Part shown: one piece after another, positions 48,663-59,058 of the stretch
Layout of the letters: each line of letters begins with the position of its first letter
Position numbering within the stretch: position 1 is the stretch's first letter
NCBI GenBank assembly: GCA_964349365.1
Contig: CAYGFY010000015.1
Span: forward strand, 5,166 to 69,165
Direction of reading: 5' to 3'
From: an uncultured Bacteroidales bacterium
Lineage (GTDB): Bacteria > Bacteroidota > Bacteroidia > Bacteroidales > UBA7960
Length of the DNA stretch: 64,000 bases
Position numbers and translations under genes: made by a program
The notes under the pieces: generated by a model
Database searches by the model: none
What the model was told of the DNA's origin: nothing
What the model saw: only the letters and a program-made list of their open reading frames with translations

Positions 48663-50017
48663 TTTTGCTTGGTTTTCAGTGTTTTAACAATATCTGACAC
48701 CAATCTGTCAATGTCACCGGCACCGAGTGTAAGCAATAGTTCTTGGTTTCGATTCAACACGATTTCGAGCACTTCGGGGCGCGAGGCTAGTGTTTTGTTC
48801 GAAGAATTGATTTGGTCCAAAAGCCATCGGGATGTTATTCCCGGAATTGGTAATTCCCTTGCAGGGTAAATTTCCATGAGTATTATTTCGTCGGCCATTT
48901 CGAGGGCAGATGCGAAACCCCGGGCAAGGTCTCTTGTTCTGCTGTAAAGGTGGGGCTGAAATATTGCAGTAATCTTTTTTGATGGGTATAACTTCCTGCA
49001 GGCTTCGATGCAGGCCCTTATTTCTTCTGGATGATGGGCGTAGTCGTCGATGTAAGTTGTTAGCTGGTTTTCGAAACATTTTTCGAATCTTCGCTTGACT
49101 CCCGTGAAAGTTGAAATGCCTTTTGTAATGCTTTGCGAGTCAATGCCAATTGTGTGTGCAACCAAAGCAGCTCCTAATGCGTTTTCGAGGTTGTGGTTTC
49201 CGGGTAAACCTATTTCAAAAGAACCGCAAGCAAATACTCCGTTTATTGCCGCTTTTTGCTTGCCGTTTTCAGCCACAATGCTTGTTGCGAAAAGGTCGGC
49301 GGGGCCTTTGAGGCCGTAAGTTTTGGTTTTACCTTCGAACCCAACAAGTTTTTCCATTCCTTTTTTTAACACGAGGGTACCGTTAGGCCTGATACCCTGT
49401 GCGAATTTATTGAAACTCTCAACCATGGCATTTCGGGTTCCGTAAATGTCGAGGTGGTCGGCATCGAGAGAACTTATCAGGGCAATGTCGGGTTCAATAT
49501 GAAGGAACGATCTATCAAACTCGTCGGCTTCAACAATGGCCCATAGAGGGTTTGAATCGTTAATGTAATTTGTGTTGTAATTGGTGCATATTCCGCCGAT
49601 AAACGCGGTAATTTCGACTCCTGCAGTTTTTAGTATATGTGCTATCAAAGAACTTATCGTGGTTTTTCCGTGTGTTCCGGCGACAGCAATGGTTCTTTTT
49701 GGCTTCACCAATGCCCCTAACACCTCGGCTCTTTTAACGAAGGGTATGTTTCTTTCTTCAATTGTGCGGAAAAGTGTTAAAGTGCGTGGCACGGCGGGTG
49801 TGTAAATCACCAAATCTGTGTCCGTTGGCAAGATTTCAGCCATATCATCGAACCAAACCTCTATTCCCTCTTCTTGTATTTTTCTTGTTAAATCGGAGGG
49901 CGTTCTATCGTACCCGGCAACTTTCTTCCCAAGCGCGTGAAAGTGAAGGGCTAGGGCGCTCATACCTATGCCTCCAATTCCTAGGAAGAAAATGTTTTTA
50001 TGGCGGGCAAGGTTCAT
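48659..50017 (-). CDS. murC: UDP-N-acetylmuramate--L-alanine ligase
   Basis: IFFLGIGGIGMSALA and P-loop AVAGTHGKTT. 452 aa. Confidence 0.9.
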   Translation of the reverse strand: MNLARHKNIFFLGIGGIGMSALALHFHALGKKVAGYDRTPSDLTRKIQEEGIEVWFDDMAEILPTDTDLVIYTPAVPRTLTLFRTIEERNIPFVKRAEVLGALVKPKRTIAVAGTHGKTTISSLIAHILKTAGVEITAFIGGICTNYNTNYINDSNPLWAIVEADEFDRSFLHIEPDIALISSLDADHLDIYGTRNAMVESFNKFAQGIRPNGTLVLKKGMEKLVGFEGKTKTYGLKGPADLFATSIVAENGKQKAAINGVFACGSFEIGLPGNHNLENALGAALVAHTIGIDSQSITKGISTFTGVKRRFEKCFENQLTTYIDDYAHHPEEIRACIEACRKLYPSKKITAIFQPHLYSRTRDLARGFASALEMADEIILMEIYPARELPIPGITSRWLLDQINSSNKTLASRPEVLEIVLNRNQELLLTLGAGDIDRLVSDIVKTLKTKQK

Positions 50018-50019
50018 TG

Positions 50020-51162
50020 TTAAATTTTGTTCGCTATATCAATTGCAATGTCTGCAATAACATCTGCTGCATTGCGAAATGCTAAAGTTGATAGTTTTTC
50101 CTTAAGTTTTGATTGCTGTTTGCTATCCTTCACAAGTTCTACGATTGTTTGTCCGAGCAAATCGAAAGCATTTTTATCTTTTACCAACAATGCTGCATGG
50201 TGGTTAACCAAGGCTAATGCATTTTTTGTTTGGTGATCCTCTGCCACGTTTGGTGAGGGGATTAGGATAGCAGGTTTTTGGGTGGCGCAAATTTCGGAAA
50301 CCGCAATGGCACCAGCCCTACTTACCACGATGTTGGCGGCAGCATATGCATAATCCATTCTATTGATAAACTCCTTTACCACAACCCCTTTGTTAATGTT
50401 TTCAACCCTTTCGCAGGCCTTTTTGAAGTACCGGGATCCGGTTTGCCAAATAACCTGAATGTCGTTTTGGATCAAGTAATCAAGGTGTTGGTAAATGCTT
50501 TCGTTGATGGTTCTTGCGCCAAGGCTGCCGCCAGTTACCAGTACCACGGGCTTTAGCGGATCAAGGTTGAAGAACTCAAATGCCCCTGGTTGTTTCCCCT
50601 CGAGGTTTATCACGTCCTGCCTTACCGGGTTGCCCGTTAAGAGTATTTTTGACTTATCGAAAAACCTATCCATTCCCTCGTATGCAACACAAATTTTCGT
50701 AACTTTTTTTGCCAATAGTCTGTTTGTGAGCCCGGGATAAGAGTTTTGTTCTTGAATTAATGTGGGTATTCCCTTTTTGCTAGCCGCCCTTAAAATTGGC
50801 GCACTTGCATAGCCACCCACTCCTATAACCACGTTGGGTTTGAACTCCTTGATTATTTTTTTTGCCCTCAATAGGCTTTGCATAAGCATGAATGGAACCT
50901 TCAGGTTTTTTAGCGTAAGCCTTCGCTGAATTCCGGCAATGTTCAAGCCTATAATATCGAAGCCTGCTTCGGGTACTTTTGTCATTTCCATTTTCCCGTT
51001 GGCTCCCACGAAAAGAATTTTGACATCCTTCACCTTGGTTTTCAGCGACCTTGCAATTGCAATGGCAGGAAAAACATGGCCACCGGTACCTCCCCCGGCT
51101 ATTATTATCTTAAGCCCTTCAGCCTGTGGCAACTGGTTGTTCATTTGTCTTGGGTTCTTCAA
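50020..51162 (-). CDS. murG: UDP-GlcNAc:lipid I N-acetylglucosaminyltransferase
   Basis: GGGTGGHVFPAIA motif. The start is either 51162 or 51144; both overlap the ftsW 3' end. Confidence 0.9.
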   Translation of the reverse strand: MKNPRQMNNQLPQAEGLKIIIAGGGTGGHVFPAIAIARSLKTKVKDVKILFVGANGKMEMTKVPEAGFDIIGLNIAGIQRRLTLKNLKVPFMLMQSLLRAKKIIKEFKPNVVIGVGGYASAPILRAASKKGIPTLIQEQNSYPGLTNRLLAKKVTKICVAYEGMDRFFDKSKILLTGNPVRQDVINLEGKQPGAFEFFNLDPLKPVVLVTGGSLGARTINESIYQHLDYLIQNDIQVIWQTGSRYFKKACERVENINKGVVVKEFINRMDYAYAAANIVVSRAGAIAVSEICATQKPAILIPSPNVAEDHQTKNALALVNHHAALLVKDKNAFDLLGQTIVELVKDSKQQSKLKEKLSTLAFRNAADVIADIAIDIANKI

Positions 51163-52270
51163 TTTTTCTACTTACGCTCAATATGATTCCGATGGAAATG
51201 CTGGTAAACCAAAGCGAAGTTCCGCCCATGCTTACCAGTGGAAGGGGTTGTCCGGTGACGGGTATAATTCCCACGTTAACTGCCATATTTATCATTGCCT
51301 GGAAAACCAGGCTAAAACTTAGCCCTACTGCCAGCAATGCCCCAAAGGTGCCGGGGCTGTTTCGAGCCACCCTTATTCCCCTGTAAAAGAGTATCAGGTA
51401 AAGAAGCAACACTGCCATTCCTCCAATTAATCCATATTCTTCGATTATAATGGCATAAACGAAATCGCTAAAAGGATTTGGCAAGAAGTTTCTTTGAGTT
51501 GAGTTGCCCGGGAGGTTTCCAAAAATTTTGCCAGAGGCAATTGCAATTTTTGATTGTTCCAATTGGTACTGGTCTCCGGATTTGTCGAGATGTCTTTCAA
51601 TCCTGCTTTTCCATGTTCCTATTCTTCCCTTGTCGGGCAAGGCAGAAGCAAGCATCATTATTATCAAAAAAACGGCCAAACCTGCCCCTATTAAACCCAA
51701 AACGTATCTTATTTTGACACCACCCACAAACATTAGAATAACGCAGGTTGAAAAAAGCAAGGCCGCCGTTGAAAGGTTTGCGGGAAGTATCAGGCCAGTA
51801 ATGATAACCGCCGGGACAAGTATTGGTATAAAGCTTTGATTAAAGTCGCCAATGTTATCTTGTTTTTTTGTTAACATCCTTGCAACGAATATTATCAATG
51901 CCAGTTTTGCGAAGTCGGAAGTTTGGAAACTAAGATTGATTACCGGCAGTGTGATCCAACGATTAGCTTCGTTAATGGTAGGCCCCTTTACAAGGGTAAG
52001 CAGCAATAGTGGCACGGCAATCCAGATTGCAATTTGCGACAACCGGGAGTAGTACGTGTATTTTATCCTGCTGGCCAAAAACATTAGCCCTAATCCAAAA
52101 GTAAGTATAACAAAGTGTTTCAGTAGGTAGTATTCCGTGTTTCCTCCACGTTTTGCATATGCAAGCGTTCCGGTTGAACTATACACTGCAAGCAGCGAAA
52201 TGATGGACAGCAAGAACACCACCATCCATATTACCCTATCACCCTTTATTTTATCTGCAATGACTTTCAT
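51119..52270 (-). CDS. ftsW: FtsW/SEDS family peptidoglycan polymerase
   Basis: 10-TM SEDS pattern with C-terminal PLPLVSMGGTS. Its position in the dcw cluster supports the call. Confidence 0.85.
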   Translation of the reverse strand: MKVIADKIKGDRVIWMVVFLLSIISLLAVYSSTGTLAYAKRGGNTEYYLLKHFVILTFGLGLMFLASRIKYTYYSRLSQIAIWIAVPLLLLTLVKGPTINEANRWITLPVINLSFQTSDFAKLALIIFVARMLTKKQDNIGDFNQSFIPILVPAVIITGLILPANLSTAALLFSTCVILMFVGGVKIRYVLGLIGAGLAVFLIIMMLASALPDKGRIGTWKSRIERHLDKSGDQYQLEQSKIAIASGKIFGNLPGNSTQRNFLPNPFSDFVYAIIIEEYGLIGGMAVLLLYLILFYRGIRVARNSPGTFGALLAVGLSFSLVFQAMINMAVNVGIIPVTGQPLPLVSMGGTSLWFTSISIGIILSVSRKIEEPKTNEQPVATG

Positions 52271-52285
52271 TAATGACTTGAGCCT

Positions 52286-52864
52286 TTAGAGGTTTAAAAC
52301 TATTTTTTTGAACTGTTTTCCCCTTTCTTCGTAGTTTTCGAACAGGTCAAAACTTGCACAGGCCGGCGAAAGTAAAACCGAATCTCCAGGGCTTGCGGCA
52401 AGGTAAGCCGATTTTACGGCATCTTCCATCGAACGGGTTTCGAAAATCAGGTGAATTTTTTTTTCAAATGATTTTATTATCTTGTGGTTGTTTTTTCCCA
52501 GGCAAATGATTGCCTTAACTTTTTTGGCAACCAGGTCGGCAATTTGTTCGTAATCGTTGCCAGGCTCTTGTCCTCCGGCAATCCAAACAATTGGTTTGTT
52601 TACCGACTCGAGGGCGTACCATGCTGAGTTTAGATTTGTTGCTTTGCTGTCGTTAATAAACTCCACGCCTCTTACAAAGGCAATACTCTCGAGCCTGTGC
52701 TCTTCTTTCAAAAATCCCGAAAGACCTTCCCTTATTGATTTCTTGCGCAGGTCGGAAAGCCTGCCAGCGATTCCGGCCGCCATGCTGCCATAAATGTTCT
52801 GGCTTGTAAAATTTTCGCCGAGTGTTGCTACTCTTTTATTACCAGGTGATTCAAACTTTATCAT
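52286..52864 (-). CDS. murD: MurD C-terminal fragment only (192 aa): N-terminal Rossmann domain and ATP-binding central domain absent; possible pseudogene or stand-alone domain
   Basis: Contains EHRLESIAFVRGVEFINDSKATN and ..LSPACASFDLFENYEERG (Mur ligase C-domain). There is no GxxGKT P-loop. The ATG at 52864 is immediately preceded by an in-frame TAA (52867-52865) and lies 12 nt after the mraY stop. Confidence 0.8.
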   Translation of the reverse strand: MIKFESPGNKRVATLGENFTSQNIYGSMAAGIAGRLSDLRKKSIREGLSGFLKEEHRLESIAFVRGVEFINDSKATNLNSAWYALESVNKPIVWIAGGQEPGNDYEQIADLVAKKVKAIICLGKNNHKIIKSFEKKIHLIFETRSMEDAVKSAYLAASPGDSVLLSPACASFDLFENYEERGKQFKKIVLNL

Positions 52865-52876
52865 TTAGTTGTCCTT

Positions 52877-54139
52877 TTATCTAAGTTTTAGTGTAATTAT
52901 GCTCATTACGGCAAGCAATATTCCAACAATTAAAAACCTAAGTACTATTTTGGCTTCGTGGTACCCTTTCATTTGATAGTGATGGTGCAGGGGAGCCATC
53001 AAGAAGATTCTCTTTCCTTCGCCAAATCGTTTTTTGGTTATCTTGAACCAACCCACTTGCAAAATCACCGAAAGGCTTTCGATGAAGAATACACCGCAAA
53101 GAATTGGAATCAGTAGTTCTTTTTTTATAACAATTGCGAAGACCGCTATTATTCCTCCAAGTGTTAGGCTGCCCGTATCGCCCATAAACACTTGAGCGGG
53201 GTACGAGTTGTACCACATGAAACCGATGCAGGCGCCCACAAATGCTCCCATGAAAATCACCAGTTCTCCAGTGAAGGGTATGTACATTATGTTCAGGTAA
53301 TTTGCAAAAACTATGTTACCCGAGACGTATGCAAGTATTCCGAGTGTTACACCGATTATTGCAGATGAACCGGTGGCCAATCCATCGAGCCCATCTGTCA
53401 TGTTTGCCCCGTTCGAGACGGCCGTGATTATTAATATAACAATCGGAATGAAAATCAAGAACGCCCACTGGCTATATCCCTCTCCCAGGAATCTTAGGAA
53501 TATTGCGTAATCGAATTCGTTATTTTTGAAAAACGGGATGGTTGTTTTTGTGGATTTTTTAGTTTCGAAAGTTTGCCTTGTTGATTGCTCGGCACTAGGC
53601 GAATCGCCGCTAATCATAATTTCGGTGGCACTTTCGAATTGCATTGGAAGTTTTGGTCTTTCGCGAATTACCACGGATTCGTGGAAATATAATGTAGTGC
53701 CAACTATCAACCCCAGCGAAATTTGTCCTAAAATTTTGAATTTTCCGTGCAATCCTCTTTTATCCTTCCTGAAAACTTTTATGTAATCGTCCAGAAAACC
53801 AAGAATGCCAAGCCAAATGGTCGAAACAAGCATTAGTATTATGTAAATGTTGTCAACTTTAGCAAACAGGAGGGTGGGTATAACTATTGAAGCAATAATA
53901 ATAATTCCGCCCATTGTTGGGGTTCCCTTTTTTTGAATTTGTCCGTCAAGCCCAAGGTCGCGTATATCCTCGCCAACTTGCTTCTTGCGCAGGTAGTCAA
54001 TAATTCTCCTACCGAACACCATTGAAATAACCAACGAGAGTATTATTGCTATTCCGGTTCTGAACGAGATGAATTGAAATACACCCGTTCCGGGAATGTC
54101 AAATGTTTTGTTCAAGTATTCGAAAATGTAATACAGCAT
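52877..54139 (-). CDS. mraY: Phospho-N-acetylmuramoyl-pentapeptide transferase
   Basis: [21 protein letters not shown] and APLHHH motifs. 420 aa. Confidence 0.95.
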   Translation of the reverse strand: MLYYIFEYLNKTFDIPGTGVFQFISFRTGIAIILSLVISMVFGRRIIDYLRKKQVGEDIRDLGLDGQIQKKGTPTMGGIIIIASIVIPTLLFAKVDNIYIILMLVSTIWLGILGFLDDYIKVFRKDKRGLHGKFKILGQISLGLIVGTTLYFHESVVIRERPKLPMQFESATEIMISGDSPSAEQSTRQTFETKKSTKTTIPFFKNNEFDYAIFLRFLGEGYSQWAFLIFIPIVILIITAVSNGANMTDGLDGLATGSSAIIGVTLGILAYVSGNIVFANYLNIMYIPFTGELVIFMGAFVGACIGFMWYNSYPAQVFMGDTGSLTLGGIIAVFAIVIKKELLIPILCGVFFIESLSVILQVGWFKITKKRFGEGKRIFLMAPLHHHYQMKGYHEAKIVLRFLIVGILLAVMSIITLKLR

Positions 54140-54160
54140 GTACGTTATTTCAAATTAGTT

Positions 54161-55618
54161 TTACAAGAATTCCCCCAGTACCATTTTGTCGTCAAAGGGA
54201 TGCTTTACTCCCCTAATTTCTTGGTATTTCTCGTGCCCTTTCCCCGCAACCAAAATTATGTCCCCGTTGTTTGATATTGCACAAGCCGTTTTTATTGCCT
54301 CCAGCCGGTTTGTTATCGCTATTGTTTTCCTTTTTTGCAAGGGGTCTAAACCAGCCACCATTTCTTGGATTATCTGGTCCGGATCCTCGAAGCGAGGATT
54401 GTCGGACGTGATAATCACCTTGTTGCTTAATTTAGCAGCAATTGCCGCCATTTTTGGTCTTTTATCTGCATCGCGATTTCCTCCGCATCCTACTACCGTA
54501 ATAATTTGTTCGTTTCCCGATCTGATTTTATTGATGGTTTCCAACACGTTTTCAATTGCATCGGGGGTGTGGGCGTAATCAACAATGCCCATTTTGTTGC
54601 CCTTTCCCTTCAACACTTCAAACCTTCCCTCGGCCGGTCCAATTGCGGTTAGGTGCAACAATGCCATTTCACCGGGCAGGCCCAACATTGCCGCTGCAGC
54701 GTAAGCAGCCATTATGTTATACGCATTGAACTCTCCTGTAAGCCGTTGCCAGGTTTCCTTGCCGTCGATTAGCATCTGTAATCCTGCAAAGCTGTTTTCG
54801 ATAATCTTTCCCTTGAAATCGGCAAATGTTTTCAAGCTATAGGTTTTAACTGTCGCTTTGCAGTTTTGCACCATTACGCTTCCGTTTTTGTCGTCGATGT
54901 TTATTATGGCGAATGCCTTTGAATCGAGATTGTCGAAGAAAGCCTTTTTTGCCTTGAGGTATGCTTCGAATGTAATATGGTAGTCTAAGTGGTCATGAGT
55001 TAAATTGGTGAATATTCCACCCACAAACCTTACTCCCGCTATCCTTTGCTGATCAACGGCATGTGAACTAACTTCCATGAAGACATATTTGCATCCGTTT
55101 TCTACCATTTCGGCCAAAAGTCCGTTGAGAGCTTTTGGGTCGGGGGTTGTGAACTTTGATTCGATTTGCCGGTTGCCGATTAGGTTTTTTATGGTGGAAA
55201 TAAGGCCGCATTGGTAACCTGCCTCAGTAAATAGTTTGTGGAGCATTGAGGCCACCGTGGTCTTTCCATTAGTTCCCGTAACTCCAACTACTTGAATCTT
55301 TTCAGATGGGTTGCCGAAAAAGTTTGACGCAATGATACCCAATGCTTTTTTTGAGCACCTAACCATTGCATAAGTTACCCCTTTTGAAAGTTGCCCTGGC
55401 AATTTCTCGCAAACCACCGATTTGGCGCCATTGGCAATAGCTTGATTTATAAAGTCGTGGCCATCGGAGTTAAGACCTTTTACGGCAACAAACAATCCAT
55501 TCTTGGCCACTTTTCGAGAGTCTGAATCGAAGTTGGAGATGCCCCTATCGGTGTTGCCACTGGTTTGCAACAACTCGACCTTGTATAGTATGTCTCTTAA
55601 TGTTATCACCGTTGGCAA
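54161..55618 (-). CDS. murE: UDP-MurNAc-L-Ala-D-Glu:meso-diaminopimelate ligase
   Basis: P-loop GVTGTNGKTT and the DAP-specificity motif SDNPR. 485 aa. Confidence 0.9.
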   Translation of the reverse strand: MPTVITLRDILYKVELLQTSGNTDRGISNFDSDSRKVAKNGLFVAVKGLNSDGHDFINQAIANGAKSVVCEKLPGQLSKGVTYAMVRCSKKALGIIASNFFGNPSEKIQVVGVTGTNGKTTVASMLHKLFTEAGYQCGLISTIKNLIGNRQIESKFTTPDPKALNGLLAEMVENGCKYVFMEVSSHAVDQQRIAGVRFVGGIFTNLTHDHLDYHITFEAYLKAKKAFFDNLDSKAFAIINIDDKNGSVMVQNCKATVKTYSLKTFADFKGKIIENSFAGLQMLIDGKETWQRLTGEFNAYNIMAAYAAAAMLGLPGEMALLHLTAIGPAEGRFEVLKGKGNKMGIVDYAHTPDAIENVLETINKIRSGNEQIITVVGCGGNRDADKRPKMAAIAAKLSNKVIITSDNPRFEDPDQIIQEMVAGLDPLQKRKTIAITNRLEAIKTACAISNNGDIILVAGKGHEKYQEIRGVKHPFDDKMVLGEFL

Positions 55619-57721
55619 TTAGTTTAAAACAATGGAAGCGTGCCCGCCAGAAAGTATCTTGGTGCCGGCTCTCGGGGTTTGCTCCCTGACAACACCTCGC
55701 CCGGAGAACGAAACCCTAAGGCCTGAATTCTCCAAAAGGTAAATTGCATCGCGCAAGCCCATCCCCGATACATCGGGCACTAGATTTGGGATCAGCTCTT
55801 TTGTTTTCAGGGTAACGGTGTCGCCAATTACCCTTGCCGTTGCCCACTTCCCGGTTACCTCGCCTTGTATTTTGGGACCGAATAATTTATAAATCTCCCT
55901 GATATCTGCATGATTGCCTTGCCTTATAATAGGTATGGTTGCCGAAAGAACTTCTTGTTGGTCACTTAGTTTTGGTTCAATATGCGTGGCAAAAACTTTT
56001 GCCGCAATTTCCTTAAACGGAGGCGCGGCCACTGCACCACCAGTGTAGCCTGCGCTCCTGGGGTTGTTTATCATCACAATGCAACTGTATTTGGGGTTGT
56101 CGGCCGGAAAGAAACCCACGAAAGAAGACCTGTACGAAGTCCTTCCATCGAGGCTCCTATATCCATCTCTTTGGTTTGCCACTTGGGCAGTACCTGTTTT
56201 TCCGGCAATTGAGAAGTGGTTTGACCTGATGCCCTTTGCAGTTCCGTTTTCAACAACTCCAACCAGAAGTTCGATAGCCTTCTCGATTGTTGAGGGGCTA
56301 GCGATACGTTTTTTGATTACTTGCGGATGAAACCTTTTGATTGTTTTTCCTGTTTGCCTAATCTCTTCAACGAAAATTGGTTTCACGAGCTTGCCTTGGT
56401 TTGCAACGGCATTGTAAAAGGCCAAAGTTTGCAGGGGGGTCAAGGCAACTTCGTATCCTATTGACATCCACGGTAATGAAACCGCCGACCAAGTAAGACT
56501 GCCCGGGCCTTTTAGAATTGGTTTGCCTTCGCCAGATATTTCCAGGTCGAGTGTGTTGCCAAGTCCGAAGGACTTCAGTCGATCAACAAATTTTTGTGGG
56601 CTGCCTTTGTAGGCTTGGTCAATAAGCATTGAAGTGCCCACATTTGATGATAATTCAAAGACTTGATTAACGGATAGGGTTCCGTGCCCACCTGGCTTTA
56701 CATCTCTCATAATTCGATTTGAATAGCGTCTGGTACCATTTGCCGTGGGTACTTCTTGATTGAAATCTATTTTCCCGTCTTCGATGAGGGCCATCATGCT
56801 TGCAAGCTTAAATGTTGACCCGGGTTCTGCTGCCTCGGCTATGGCATAATTGAACGTTTCTTCGTAACCTCCCGATTGGGTTTTAGTTAGGTTTGAAATT
56901 GCCTTTACCTTACCGGTACTTACTTCCATCAATATTGCAACGCCAAAGTCGGCATTTGAGGCAACGAGTTGCCTGAGCAAGGCGTTCTCCACAATGTCTT
57001 GGAGGTTTATGTTTATGGTGGTAATAAGGTCTTGACCGTTTTCGGGTTTTATTTCTTCGCTGTCGTTAATTGGAAACCAATTACCCGCTGGGCCTCTTTG
57101 CATCAATCTTTTTCCCTGCCTTCCTTCGAGAAATTTCCTGAATGAACCTTCGAGTCCGACATAAACCCCTTCGCGTTCGTACCCTATAGTTCGCGCCGCC
57201 ATGGTGCGGTAGGGCATTTCCCTTCTTGACCCCTCAACGGGAATAAGACCACCCTTGCGACCACGCCTGAAAATGGGAAGTTCTCTAACTTGTTGGAGCT
57301 GATGGTAAGAAACATTCCTCTTTAAAAGATAGTAGCGAAGTTGTTGTTGCCTTACGCTTCTTAATATCCTTAAATAGTCTGACCTGTCGCGATCCCCAAA
57401 AATCCTTGATAGCCCCAAGGCCAGCGAATCAACGCCTCTGTTAAAGACTTCGTCGCTTACAACTCCTTTTGAAAGATCTATTCTTAACTCGTAATTTGGT
57501 ATGCTTGTTGCCAAGAAACTCCCGTCATCGGCACATATGTTTCCCCTAATGGCATTGACGGTTTCGTAGCGCAGGGTGGCATTTCTTTGTCTTTCTCTCC
57601 AATATTCTCCTTCTACAAATTGTATTTTAACAATTTCAACCACGATGTATAGGGCAGCAAATACCATGGCCAGGTACAACCACGAAACTCTTCTTACTAT
57701 GTGTTTATTCGTGTCCATCAA
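55619..57721 (-). CDS. ftsI: Penicillin-binding protein 3-like transpeptidase with C-terminal PASTA domain
   Basis: SxxK (GSTFK), SxN (SSN) and KTGT motifs. It has an N-terminal TM helix and a PASTA-like tail (VPDVSGMGLRDAIYLLENSGL). Confidence 0.9.
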   Translation of the reverse strand: MMDTNKHIVRRVSWLYLAMVFAALYIVVEIVKIQFVEGEYWRERQRNATLRYETVNAIRGNICADDGSFLATSIPNYELRIDLSKGVVSDEVFNRGVDSLALGLSRIFGDRDRSDYLRILRSVRQQQLRYYLLKRNVSYHQLQQVRELPIFRRGRKGGLIPVEGSRREMPYRTMAARTIGYEREGVYVGLEGSFRKFLEGRQGKRLMQRGPAGNWFPINDSEEIKPENGQDLITTININLQDIVENALLRQLVASNADFGVAILMEVSTGKVKAISNLTKTQSGGYEETFNYAIAEAAEPGSTFKLASMMALIEDGKIDFNQEVPTANGTRRYSNRIMRDVKPGGHGTLSVNQVFELSSNVGTSMLIDQAYKGSPQKFVDRLKSFGLGNTLDLEISGEGKPILKGPGSLTWSAVSLPWMSIGYEVALTPLQTLAFYNAVANQGKLVKPIFVEEIRQTGKTIKRFHPQVIKKRIASPSTIEKAIELLVGVVENGTAKGIRSNHFSIAGKTGTAQVANQRDGYRSLDGRTSYRSSFVGFFPADNPKYSCIVMINNPRSAGYTGGAVAAPPFKEIAAKVFATHIEPKLSDQQEVLSATIPIIRQGNHADIREIYKLFGPKIQGEVTGKWATARVIGDTVTLKTKELIPNLVPDVSGMGLRDAIYLLENSGLRVSFSGRGVVREQTPRAGTKILSGGHASIVLN

Positions 57722-57734
57722 GTCAAAAAACCCC

Positions 57735-58115
57735 TTAGTTGAAAATCCTCCTTAGAAATCCCTTCGAATTATTTTCGTCATAAATCCTTGTGGGTGGCAC
57801 CGTGGAGGGTTTTATGCCTCTTGTTGCCAGCCTTTGCACTAAATCAGACTGGTTGGTAATACGCATCAATTCCGATCTTGTGAGTTTCTGTTTTATGCGC
57901 AACTCAGCAATTTCGGCCTTTGCCCGTTCAACACTTCTCGAGTTTCGTTCGGCCACGTAAGTATTGCCAATTAAAAGTGTTCCGGTGAAAGCCAAGAAAA
58001 TGAAAAATGGAATTGCCTTGACAATGCTTCCTCGGGCCAAAATGGAGCCATCCAATATCGATTTCAGGGTCGTACCGGTTTTTTTTCCAACTTTTTTCAT
58101 CTTAGAAATTGCCAT
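57735..58115 (-). CDS. ftsL: FtsL-like small bitopic division protein
   Basis: One TM helix followed by a coiled-coil segment, located between rsmH and ftsI. ATG 58115 is preferred over 58208, which would overlap rsmH by 62 nt. Confidence 0.55.
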   Translation of the reverse strand: MAISKMKKVGKKTGTTLKSILDGSILARGSIVKAIPFFIFLAFTGTLLIGNTYVAERNSRSVERAKAEIAELRIKQKLTRSELMRITNQSDLVQRLATRGIKPSTVPPTRIYDENNSKGFLRRIFN

Positions 58116-58146
58116 TTTCTGGTTTTTTGCCTTTGTCTTGATATTA

Positions 58147-59058
58147 TTAACCAGTTCTTTTTTCGGCAACACGTAAAACTGCACTCCGTGCCCTGCTATT
58201 TTTTTCAATTTCGGCTTGATTGGCCATTGTTTTTTTGCCCACAGGCGCCAAAGGTGTTATTGGGTTTCCGAAAAAGTCTTTTTCCAGTATTCCTTCAAAG
58301 TTGCCTGCCTTCATGAAGTTTTTAATCAGCCGGTCTTCGAGCGAATGGTATGAAATAACCACTAATCTTCCGCCCGGCCTCAACACCTCCGTGCTTTGCA
58401 GCAAAAATTCCTTTAGTGCCTCCAACTCGTTGTTGACTTCGATGCGCAATGCCTGAAAAACTTTTGCCATAAATTTGTTTTCCTTGCCTCGTTGCGAGTG
58501 CCTTACCAAGAGATCCTTGAGGTGGCCGGTGGTTTCGATCCTTTTTATTGCCCTTTGCCTTACAAGTGTTTTTGCCAAGATTTTTGCGTTTGGCAGCTCG
58601 CCGTAATTCTTGAGAATTTGAATAAGCCTTTCTGGCGCGTAATCATTAACGATGGCAGAGGCCGTAAGTGCCGCGTTTTTGTCCATCCTCATATCCAAAG
58701 GGCCATCAAACCGGGTAGAAAAGCCCCTTTCGGGCACATCGAACTGGTATGACGAGACTCCAAGGTCGGCCAATATTCCATCAACCGGAAGCAACCCAAA
58801 AAGTTTCAGGAAGTTTTTCATGAATCTGAAATTGTGGCCGAAGAACACCATCCGGTCATCATCTGGCTTGTTTGCTTCGGCCTCCACGTCTTGGTCAAAT
58901 GCAACGAGCTTACCACCAGTGAGTTTTTCAAGAATTAGGCGCGAATGACCCCCGCCTCCAAACGTGGCATCAACAAATACCCCGCCGTGAGTAACAGAGA
59001 GACCTTCAATGGCTTCACTTGCCAAAACGGGGATGTGATATGCATTCTTAGTCGTCAT
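58147..59058 (-). CDS. rsmH: 16S rRNA (cytosine1402-N4)-methyltransferase
   Basis: HIPVL, DATFGGGGHS and GVSSYQFD motifs. 303 aa. Confidence 0.95.
   Translation of the reverse strand: MTTKNAYHIPVLASEAIEGLSVTHGGVFVDATFGGGGHSRLILEKLTGGKLVAFDQDVEAEANKPDDDRMVFFGHNFRFMKNFLKLFGLLPVDGILADLGVSSYQFDVPERGFSTRFDGPLDMRMDKNAALTASAIVNDYAPERLIQILKNYGELPNAKILAKTLVRQRAIKRIETTGHLKDLLVRHSQRGKENKFMAKVFQALRIEVNNELEALKEFLLQSTEVLRPGGRLVVISYHSLEDRLIKNFMKAGNFEGILEKDFFGNPITPLAPVGKKTMANQAEIEKNSRARSAVLRVAEKRTG

Noticed and set aside
52877-55618. Absence of murF and ddl from the dcw cluster
   Set aside because: As far as I recall, the order mraZ-rsmH-ftsL-ftsI-murE-mraY-murD-ftsW-murG-murC-ftsQ-ftsA-ftsZ without murF or ddl is the usual Bacteroidota arrangement. 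Only the murD truncation is anomalous.
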